Below, piece after piece: positions 29,012-36,108 of a DNA stretch of 64,000 nt. Where the stretch lies: assembly GCA_022819505.1 (NCBI GenBank), contig JAJEHD010000017.1, forward strand, positions 1,516 to 65,515, read 5' to 3'. Position 1 is the stretch's first letter. Each line of letters opens with the position of its first letter. A program made the translations under genes and the position numbers. Under the pieces are notes generated by a model. That model did no database searches, had not been told where the DNA came from, and was given only the letters and a program-made list of their open reading frames with translations. The stretch is from Acidimicrobiia bacterium (lineage in GTDB: Bacteria; Actinomycetota; Acidimicrobiia; Acidimicrobiales; Aldehydirespiratoraceae).

Positions 29012-29018
29012 CGTATCA

Positions 29019-29468
29019 GTGAATGACGTGAACTTTCCCCCACAGGCGCCTGGAGGTGGCGAGCGGCGGGTGGGGCCGCTGCTGGCACGGCGGTATGTGG
29101 TGGTGGGCGAGCTGCCCGCGTTGATGGCGATCCCCGGGCGCGGCGCCGGCTACTTGCCGGTGGTGCAGTTCATCAAGGACTGGAACAATCAGCCCGAGTC
29201 AAGAGAGCTCATGCTCGCTGGTGGTCTTCGCGCAGGCACCGACCCAACGGCTGCGGTGAAGGTGGCGGCGGTGGTCCATGCTTTGTGCCAGCGCGACGCC
29301 CACCCGTTGCCGGAGTGGGTGCCTGCGGCGCGCTCGCCGGTTGATATGACGTTGGTGCCCGATGTGGACTTGGAGTCTTCCTATGGGCAGCGGCTGCGCC
29401 GTGACGCCCCTGGGGTGTGCCATTACCACGGGGTCTACTTCTCGGTTGTGGACCTCCGCTCGACGTGA
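29019..29468 (+). CDS. Hypothetical protein, putative antitoxin partner of the downstream nucleotidyltransferase
   Basis: Its stop overlaps the downstream GTG (GTGA at 29465-29468). No family recognised. The start is uncertain because the ORF is open from 28860. Confidence 0.4.
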   Translation: MNDVNFPPQAPGGGERRVGPLLARRYVVVGELPALMAIPGRGAGYLPVVQFIKDWNNQPESRELMLAGGLRAGTDPTAAVKVAAVVHALCQRDAHPLPEWVPAARSPVDMTLVPDVDLESSYGQRLRRDAPGVCHYHGVYFSVVDLRST

Positions 29469-30139
29469 CCGACTTCGGGTCGCCTATCCCGCCCGATCCG
29501 CTGCTGGGCGCGGCGGACATCCGGCGCATGTTCGACAAGCTGTCGTCGCATCTGAACGACGCTGGCTCCACGGGTCACCACCTGATGATCGCCGGCGGTG
29601 CGGCGTTGGCGCTGATGTGGGAGAACCGGCTCACCCACGACATCGACGTTCCCGAGCATCGCTTCCGCGCCCCGACCGACACCGACGCTGAGCGGCTCAC
29701 CACCGCGGTGGACTTCATCTCGATGCGGTTCCCCGCCGAGCTGGCCCGCGCCGCCCGTATGGTCGCCGACGCCGAGGGCCTACCACGCAACTGGCTCAAC
29801 GGCGCCGTTGCGATCTTCACCCCCGCCGGCGACCTCCACCCCCAGATCCTGCACCAAAGCGACTGCCTCACAGTCGAGGCACCCTCCCCCACGGTGCTGT
29901 TGGCCATGAAGCTGCACGCGGCGCGCCCGTTGGACCTCCAAGACGCCGCCCGGCTGACCCGAGACACCGCGATCACAGACCCCGACCAGCTGCTCGGGCT
30001 GGTCGCGGACGCGTACGGCGCCGACGTCGCCACCGCAGAAACCGCCGACTTCGCCCACCGCGCCCTGGAGCTCGCCCTGGACCAGAACCACGGCAGAAGC
30101 CGGCGGCTGCCGGGCCACGGATTCGGCGTCGGACTCTGA
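29465..30139 (+). CDS. Minimal nucleotidyltransferase-fold protein (DUF6036/AbiEii-related), putative toxin
   Basis: LMIAGGAALALMWENRLTHDIDV (hG[GS]...DxD NTase core) and TVLLAMKLHAARPLDLQDAARL. Confidence 0.55.
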   Translation: MTDFGSPIPPDPLLGAADIRRMFDKLSSHLNDAGSTGHHLMIAGGAALALMWENRLTHDIDVPEHRFRAPTDTDAERLTTAVDFISMRFPAELARAARMVADAEGLPRNWLNGAVAIFTPAGDLHPQILHQSDCLTVEAPSPTVLLAMKLHAARPLDLQDAARLTRDTAITDPDQLLGLVADAYGADVATAETADFAHRALELALDQNHGRSRRLPGHGFGVGL

Positions 30140-30148
30140 CCACGCTAC

Positions 30149-30168
30149 GGGACCGTTACCGCGGTCCT
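30149..30168 (+). terminator. Weak hairpin after the NTase gene
   Basis: GGGACCG-TTACCG-CGGTCCT, 10 nt after the stop. Only TT follows. Confidence 0.3.
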
Positions 30169-30607
30169 TGAGAGGCTGTCGCCGTCGGCCAACCCGGGAG
30201 TCACCCGCATCCTGCTTGAGGCCGGTCCCAAAGAGAGTACAGACTACTATAAGGTGCGGCATCGGTTGGTACTCGCTTACACGCACAGAGTGGCACCTAT
30301 CGCAGGTGGGAGCGCATCACCGACGGCTTCCCGGTGTGACGTCGCGGCCGCGTCATCACGTCGAGCTTTCGCACAACTCCACAGCGGTGCCCCGGCGCGA
30401 TCCGCGAACCCGCCCTGACCCGATGAGCCACCAACCCCGCCCCAACCGCCAGGCCCGGCGCACCGGCAATCCCGGCCGACACAACACGGCCCGCCCCCGA
30501 GCCGAACTCGAACTGACCAAGTACCCAGAACCACAGGTCCCGTTCCCGAGACGGACCGAAGGACCACACATCGAAACAGACCTCGTTTCAACAACAAGGA
30601 GGAAGCA

Positions 30608-30811
30608 ATGTCTCTAGACACCGGCGACGAGATGCCCGCAGAGGTGCTGCGGCCCCGCGAGGCAGCCCGATACGTGGGCATGAGCCGACCCACGATTGAT
30701 CGCTGGCGCAAAGCCGGCAAGTTCCCCAAGGCGCTACAACTCGGCGCTCAGGCCATCGGCTGGCGCCGCTCCGACCTTGATGACTGGCTCAACAGCAGGC
30801 CATCGGTGTGA
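30608..30811 (+). CDS. AlpA/excisionase-type HTH protein
   Basis: LRPREAARYVGMSRPTIDRWRKAGKFPKALQLGAQAIGWRRSDLDDWL. SD AAGGAGGAAG. Confidence 0.8.
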   Translation: MSLDTGDEMPAEVLRPREAARYVGMSRPTIDRWRKAGKFPKALQLGAQAIGWRRSDLDDWLNSRPSV

Positions 30812-30911
30812 TGACCGACCGTGCCGTCTGCCCGTGCCCGCCGCCGGATAGGCCAGGGTTGGGCCGCCAGGTGTCGCAGCGCGATTGACGGCGACGGTGC
30901 GGGGAGCTGAG

Positions 30912-31133
30912 ATGTCATCGCGGGTCTCTGCTGAGTCAATGTTGCGAGTGCCAGAGGTGCTTGACCTCGTCGGCGTCAGTCGCCGAACGTTGTGTCGATG
31001 GCGCGCAGATGGCACGTTCCCCCAGGCGCTGAGGCTGGGCGCGAACTCCATCGGCTGGCCCCGTCACGTCGTCGATGAGTGGCTCGCCAACCGGCCCCTC
31101 GCTTGCTCTGACGCCCCTGCATCACCTGCCTGA
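30912..31133 (+). CDS. AlpA/excisionase-type HTH protein
   Basis: LRVPEVLDLVGVSRRTLCRWRADGTFPQALRLGANSIGWPRHVVDEWL. ATG 30912 has GGGGAG upstream. Confidence 0.75.
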   Translation: MSSRVSAESMLRVPEVLDLVGVSRRTLCRWRADGTFPQALRLGANSIGWPRHVVDEWLANRPLACSDAPASPA

Positions 31134-31282
31134 GAGCACTCTGGCCCACGCATCGACCAAGCCCCTGTGGGAACGTCCGCGACGATTCGGGGGGGATTGC
31201 GTGACGGCGAATGCGAGCGCAGCTTGTGGCTATCGGGCAGCGGTGGGCTGCGGTGGCAGCGGGGGATCGAGCGACCGTGATG

Positions 31283-31319
31283 TATGTTTCTCATATCGGC
31301 TCTGGTATATTTCTCGTAT
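31283..31319 (+). promoter_or_regulatory. AT-rich promoter/operator candidate of AbiE copy 2
   Basis: Direct 14-mers TATGTTTCTCATAT (31283-31296) and TATATTTCTCGTAT (31306-31319) match at 12/14. TATATT lies 6 nt before the ATG, suggesting a leaderless transcript. Confidence 0.4.
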
Positions 31320-32169
31320 GGGCTCTGTCGAGGTATTGGAGCGTCTGGCGCCGGTGTTTTTGACGCGGGAGTTCGAGCGGGCGGCTGGGGTGCGGCCGTC
31401 TTCGGCGTCGCGGGCGCTGGGCGAGTTGGCAGCTGTGGGCCGGGTGGAGAAGATCCGCCGGGGGACGTGGCGCAACTTCGTTGTCTCATGGCCGTCCGCG
31501 GCCGAGCTGTTGGTCGGCGCGGGCTCTGTTTCTCATCACTGGACCGCGCAGTGGGAAGCGGAGCTGGAGGCGGCCTACGGCAGCGCTGTTCGACGGATCT
31601 CAGGTCTGACCGCTTTGGGGATGGCGGGGGTGGCGTTGATCTGCCGGCCAGAGGTCAGCGTGGCCGGCGGCGTCGCGTTCGACACCGGCGCGTTCGGGTT
31701 CGTGTCTTGGCGCGAGCGCCCGGAGTCGCTGCTGGTGGCAGCGGTGCAGCTGACCGAGCACACATGGGTGTCGACTCCGGGGCGGGCGGTGTTGGAATGC
31801 GCCCACTGGCCGCACCGCTCGCACCGCTGGGAGGAGTATCTGGGCCGCATGCTGGCCTACCGCTTCGAGGTGTGCCCGCCAAGCGAGGTCGCCGCCGCAG
31901 CCGACGCCTTGGGATGGCGCGCCGGCCTGCGGCGGATCTCGTCGTTGGCGCAAGGCCTGGCCGAGTCCCCCACAGGGCAAAGTCTGGGGTTCGACATCGA
32001 CCGCCGGTGGGCCGAACTGGGCTCCGCGGCGGTTCGCGGCGACGACTGGATACACCTCACGCCGCTGCGCCGCACCGCCAGCCCGCCCCGCGTCGCGCAC
32101 CGAGACACGGCCCGCAAAGTCAACTGGGCGGCTGCCCCCGACGCTGTCGCGGCTGTGGTCTCGACATGA
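31318..32169 (+). CDS. AbiEi antitoxin (type IV TA), copy 2
   Basis: N-terminal wHTH pattern (ALGELAAVGRVEKIRRGTWRNF) and TWVSTPGRAVLECAHW. The stop overlaps the AbiEii start (ATGA). Confidence 0.7.
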   Translation: MGSVEVLERLAPVFLTREFERAAGVRPSSASRALGELAAVGRVEKIRRGTWRNFVVSWPSAAELLVGAGSVSHHWTAQWEAELEAAYGSAVRRISGLTALGMAGVALICRPEVSVAGGVAFDTGAFGFVSWRERPESLLVAAVQLTEHTWVSTPGRAVLECAHWPHRSHRWEEYLGRMLAYRFEVCPPSEVAAAADALGWRAGLRRISSLAQGLAESPTGQSLGFDIDRRWAELGSAAVRGDDWIHLTPLRRTASPPRVAHRDTARKVNWAAAPDAVAAVVST

Positions 32170-32978
32170 GCGGGCCGACCAGCCGGCACAGCAGATGGGA
32201 GCCGGTCGACCTGGTCCAGCACCAGATAGTCTCCGCGGTCGCGGCGCGCCAACAAGGCGTCCCGCGGGTGATGTTCAAGGGCGGGACTCTGCTTCGGGTC
32301 TGCTACCGGCGCGACTGGCGGTTCTCAGAAGACCTGGATTTCGACTGGATCCACGCCGACGACACCAAGCCAGCCATACAGGACTTCTTTGACCGAGTCC
32401 TCAACACAGCGTCGAGGACTTACCGGACCGCGTTCGACACGAAATGGGGCGCCAACAAACTCAACATCTACTGGGAGCTGCCCAACGCCACGACCGGCGT
32501 CATCTACACCGACGTGAAACCCCGCCAGCACCCCGGTGCCGGGCCCACCGCCGCGCACTGGACCATCCTGGACAGATACCCACAAGTCGACACCACCAAC
32601 CCCATCTTGGGATACTCGCCAGCTTCGATGCTGGCAGCAAAACTCGACTGCATCGCGAACCCCTACCGGCTCGCACCACGCGACTACTACGACCTGAACC
32701 GCCTGCTCCAAGACCCCTCGATAGACACCAACGCGGCCCTCGACGAGTTCACCGCACGCCACCAAGCCGCACACCCCGCCACAGCAGGCCGCGACTGGTT
32801 CGACATCCTGTTCGACAACGCATACCAACACGAAGCAGAACTCGCCGAAAGATGGACCGAGATCACCCGAACAGGCATGATCCAAGACCCACACCAGAAC
32901 TTCGCCGCCATACTCGACACCGTCACCGACGCCACACAACACGCCCTCGACGACTACACAGCCACAACCACAAACTGA
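32166..32978 (+). CDS. AbiEii/AbiGii nucleotidyltransferase toxin, copy 2
   Basis: FKGGTLLRVCYRRDWRFSEDLDFDW. This is the C-terminal part of the listed 564-aa ORF, whose N-terminal part is out-of-frame overlap with AbiEi. Confidence 0.8.
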   Translation: MSGPTSRHSRWEPVDLVQHQIVSAVAARQQGVPRVMFKGGTLLRVCYRRDWRFSEDLDFDWIHADDTKPAIQDFFDRVLNTASRTYRTAFDTKWGANKLNIYWELPNATTGVIYTDVKPRQHPGAGPTAAHWTILDRYPQVDTTNPILGYSPASMLAAKLDCIANPYRLAPRDYYDLNRLLQDPSIDTNAALDEFTARHQAAHPATAGRDWFDILFDNAYQHEAELAERWTEITRTGMIQDPHQNFAAILDTVTDATQHALDDYTATTTN

Positions 32979-32979
32979 A

Positions 32980-32997
32980 AACCGCCAGTCGGCGGTT
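32980..32997 (+). terminator. Hairpin just after the AbiEii copy 2 stop
   Basis: AACCGCC-AGTC-GGCGGTT with a weak T tract. Confidence 0.35.
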
Positions 32998-33150
32998 CAA
33001 TGTGCTCTATCTCGTATCCCAGGCTTGTGATCACCAACGGACACGCATTCGCGCCAACTGAAGCGTGCCAGCGATAGCCAGGCCGCGGATGTAGTCAGTC
33101 AGCGCCCTCACGGCGCTGACCCCTATCCCGGTTCGCATGGTGGTGGACGC

Positions 33151-34335
33151 TCAGTGCAGGTACCTGCACCAGTCCTCCATCAGTGGGCGGCGGCGTTCCA
33201 GCATGTCGGACCGGGCGTAGGCCCGTTCGGCGGAATCTCGCACGACGTGGCCGAGCGCCATCTCGGCGAGGTCTCGCGCAACGGCCGTGTCTGAGCACCA
33301 GGATCGGAAGCAGCTTCTGAATCCGTGGGCGGTGGCGTCGATGTCGTGGTCGCGCAGCAGCTTGTTGAAGGTGGAGTCTGACACTGCTCGACCGGTTGTC
33401 GTGCTGGGGAGCACGAGACCTTGGCCGTGGTTGAGGCTTCGGGCTTCGGCGAGGACCTCCAGCGCTCGGCTGCTCAACGGCACCCGGTGTGAGACGCCGG
33501 TCTTGGTCCGCGTGGCTGGGATCTCCCACACCCGGTTGTCGATGTCGAACTCTGACCAGTCGGCGAAGCGGACTTCGCCGGAGCGGGTCGCGGTCAGCGC
33601 GAGCAGCTCCAGCCCGAGCCGACACGCCGGGGTCGCGTTCGACTTCCTCACCCGGTCAAGGGCGTCGGCTACTTCGCTGTGGTGGAGGGCGCGGCGGTGC
33701 TCGACCTTGTGGCGGTGCTTGGGCATTGATGCCTTGGCCGCGGCGGTGGGGTCGCTGTCGCGCAGGTCGCGACCCATCGCCCACTGCATCGTGGTCGAGA
33801 TTCTGCGGACAGTGCGGCGGGCCAGTTCGGGGCGGTCCCACACCCGGTCGAGCACCGACACAACGTCGGCGGCGGCCACGTCGGCTACCGGCATCGGGCC
33901 GATGGTGGGGTCGATGTGGTTCTCTAGCAGCGCCCACCACTGGCGCTCGGTGTTGCTGGTGGCCTTCCAGTTCGGGCGGTGCAACAGGATCACCTCGCGC
34001 ATGGCGTCCGCGAAGGTGACTGCATGGCGACGGCGGGGATCGCGGCCTTCCTCTACGGCCTGCCGGTTCGACAAAGCCCGTTCACGGGCCAGCGCCAACG
34101 ACACGGCGGGGTAGGAGCCGAGGCCGAGGCTGACCGTCTTGCCGCCGATGCGGAGGCGCTGCGCCCAGGTCTTGGACCATCTGCCGTTGGCGGTGGTCTT
34201 GACCAGTAGGCTCAGCCCGTGGGAGCCGCGGCCGTCGCCGTAGCGTCCGGGCCGGTTGATCGTGCGCACGAAGGCGGCGGTCAGCACCTTCGGCCGAGAG
34301 GGACTTGAACTCGTGGATACCTTTTTCATTACCAC
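33151..34335 (-). CDS. int: Tyrosine recombinase/integrase (P4-like, DUF4102-type N-terminus), int1
   Basis: GRYGDGRGSHGLSLLV...LGSYPAVSLALARERA arm-binding domain. Catalytic blocks ATRSGEVR, HGFRSCFRSW, LGHVV...AYARSD. Confidence 0.9.
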   Translation of the reverse strand: MVMKKVSTSSSPSRPKVLTAAFVRTINRPGRYGDGRGSHGLSLLVKTTANGRWSKTWAQRLRIGGKTVSLGLGSYPAVSLALARERALSNRQAVEEGRDPRRRHAVTFADAMREVILLHRPNWKATSNTERQWWALLENHIDPTIGPMPVADVAAADVVSVLDRVWDRPELARRTVRRISTTMQWAMGRDLRDSDPTAAAKASMPKHRHKVEHRRALHHSEVADALDRVRKSNATPACRLGLELLALTATRSGEVRFADWSEFDIDNRVWEIPATRTKTGVSHRVPLSSRALEVLAEARSLNHGQGLVLPSTTTGRAVSDSTFNKLLRDHDIDATAHGFRSCFRSWCSDTAVARDLAEMALGHVVRDSAERAYARSDMLERRRPLMEDWCRYLH

Positions 34336-34442
34336 TTCACGTCTGACAAAGGACGCTATATGGGAGCCCGGCGGGGTACAACCAGTCGCCCGGAATAGTG
34401 CTCTTAACAGGGCATTTTGACGTTGGATTATGGCATTACACG

Positions 34443-34499
34443 GCGTCCGGCGGCGCTACTTCCCACAGGTAGGGTTCGATGCTCACCCCGGACGCACCA
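34443..34499 (+). other. tRNA-like relic ending in ACCA (possible vestigial attachment site of int1)
   Basis: GCGTCCG (34443-34449) pairs perfectly with CGGACGC (34489-34495), which is followed by ACCA. The internal GGTTCGAT is T-loop-like. No D arm and no canonical anticodon arm. Confidence 0.4.
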
Positions 34500-35445
34500 G
34501 CGCTACAACGATCCGGTCGAGGGGTCTTGCCCCCCTTCCGAAGGCGGCGCTGTAATTTCGCTTGGCGGGTCGCACCTGGCCGCGTCGGCCAGCTCCCCCA
34601 CCCCACAACCCAACGCCTCACGAGCTGCGCGCAACAGAACCCCGGCGAGGTCTGCCGCTCGCTGAGAACGCAGAAGTCACGAAATACACCGTTGTCGCTG
34701 TAGCGTTCGCGAGCGTTCCTCAGCGTTCCTCGGGCCCTCGGACGGCTCCGGCGGCGGCGTGTCGGCCCGCCATTATTGGCGGACGCGCACCCTTTGTGAC
34801 CTCGGCGGGCTCTTTAGTGCAAGCGTGTGGTGGCCAGACTGACCCAGAAACGCCGTCGCGAACGGTCCCCACCAACAACGGAGCCCGAACGACCTCCGAC
34901 ACCACCGGACACAGCCCCAACACCGAACTCCGAGCCCCGCCGCTCAACAGCCAGGAACGCAACCCGAATGACGAGGAATACAACCCTCAACGACCCACCG
35001 TTCCCCTTGCAGAGCACCCCACCGGGCAGGGCGGGTCGACCGCCGCCCTGGGCCTGGGCTGCCTTGCAGCGGTCGAACCGCCAAGGCTCTCTCGGGGAGT
35101 TCGTCGCTTGCAGCGGTCGACACCGTCCCGAGGCGGGATCACCCGACTCGGGCGGCCCCGCTGGGCCGTTCGACCTCGCCGGTCTTGACAAGACGAGCCG
35201 CCGAGACGACAGCGAACTGTGCATCACGCGCCCCGGCAGGCGCCACCACCGGCCTCTCCTACCCGATCCCTTCCCGCTGCCAACACCAAGTGTTGGGTCG
35301 CGTTCGAGCAGGTCAGCACAGGTGCGTTCGCGAGCGTTCGCGTCTCGTCTCTAGGTTGCGGGCATGGCTCAGCACTGCCTGACCCACACGACAGGCGGCT
35401 CACAGCTGGTATCAAGGCACCCAACGCTCCCACCGGAGGAAGTCC

Positions 35446-35643
35446 ATGCTCGCGACCTCACGACCCGAACACCAGATTCTGCGGGTCGCCGACCTCCAAG
35501 CCCAGCTAGGGCTGTCAAGAACAACCATCTGGCGCCTCCGCCGAGCGGGCGAGTTCCCCCAGCCCATCCGACTCAGCGCCAACGCCGTCGGCTGGCCCAC
35601 CCACCTCATCGACGAATGGCTCACAGCACGTCCCGAGGCATGA
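35446..35643 (+). CDS. AlpA/excisionase-type HTH protein
   Basis: LRVADLQAQLGLSRTTIWRLRRAGEFPQPIRLSANAVGWPTHLIDEWL. SD GGAGGAAG. Confidence 0.8.
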   Translation: MLATSRPEHQILRVADLQAQLGLSRTTIWRLRRAGEFPQPIRLSANAVGWPTHLIDEWLTARPEA

Positions 35644-35877
35644 CTACAAGCACAACCTCGCTCAAGGGCCCACCAACGGGCCTCGATCCGATAGCGAGAT
35701 CTACTCAATGTCGAGGGTCCTGCCCTCGTCACGCAGAACCACCGCCCCATTGAAGTCGCACACGGTGGTCAAGGACCATCTCAGGCACTCCGAGCCCGAT
35801 GAGCGCAGGATCCCCGAGTGCTACCGCCGCCGTCGCCCGCTGCAACTACTCTCGACGCTGTGTCAAGCCCCGCCACC

Positions 35878-36078
35878 ATGACGGCCATCACCGCCCCCGC
35901 GGCCTCTGCGGCAGAGGCCCTGGAGCCCTGCGAGAGAGCGATCCTGTCGGTGCTGCGCTTGTGGCCACGCGGCGCCGCCGAAGCCGCGGTCGCTGACCGC
36001 GCCGGCCTCGGCACCACCACTGCAGCGCCTTCTTGGCGGAGTCGTCGTCCTCAGGGAATCGGCAGAGTTGATGCCTGA
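35878..36078 (+). CDS. Small winged-helix-like protein (hypothetical)
   Basis: 66 aa. EPCERAILSVLRLWPRGAAEAAVADRAGLGTTTAA resembles the small wHTH proteins of actinobacterial mobile elements. No SD. It ends 30 nt before the 718-aa ORF. Confidence 0.3.
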   Translation: MTAITAPAASAAEALEPCERAILSVLRLWPRGAAEAAVADRAGLGTTTAAPSWRSRRPQGIGRVDA

Positions 36079-36108
36079 ACAGGGCCGTTGGGCCCGAGCT
36101 AGTAGTCG

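Noticed and set aside
30390-30410. GC palindrome containing CGCGGCCGCG in the spacer upstream of the first AlpA gene.
   Set aside because: Short GC-only palindromes are expected frequently at this base composition, and there is no flanking symmetry of note.
31284-32978. Single 564-aa ORF spanning both AbiE copy 2 genes.
   Set aside because: Its first roughly 290 residues are an out-of-frame, low-complexity reading of the AbiEi gene. Only the part from ATG 32166 has the AbiEii signature, and that ATG overlaps the AbiEi stop (ATGA).
33039-33047. GGACACGCA downstream of int1 as the partner att site of the tRNA-like relic (CGGACGCA).
   Set aside because: The match is only about 8 of 9 nt with an indel. 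It would imply an element consisting of the integrase alone, and it cannot be distinguished from chance.
34443-34499. Functional tRNA gene upstream of int1.
   Set aside because: Only 57 nt long, with no D arm. The T stem has only about 3 pairs and the putative anticodon loop lacks U33. I kept it only as a relic or att candidate.
34562-35354. ORFs of 208 aa and 175 aa in the int1-AlpA spacer as real proteins.
   Set aside because: Extreme Pro/Arg/Thr/Ser bias follows directly from the C/A-rich strand composition. They have no start context and no recognisable domain.
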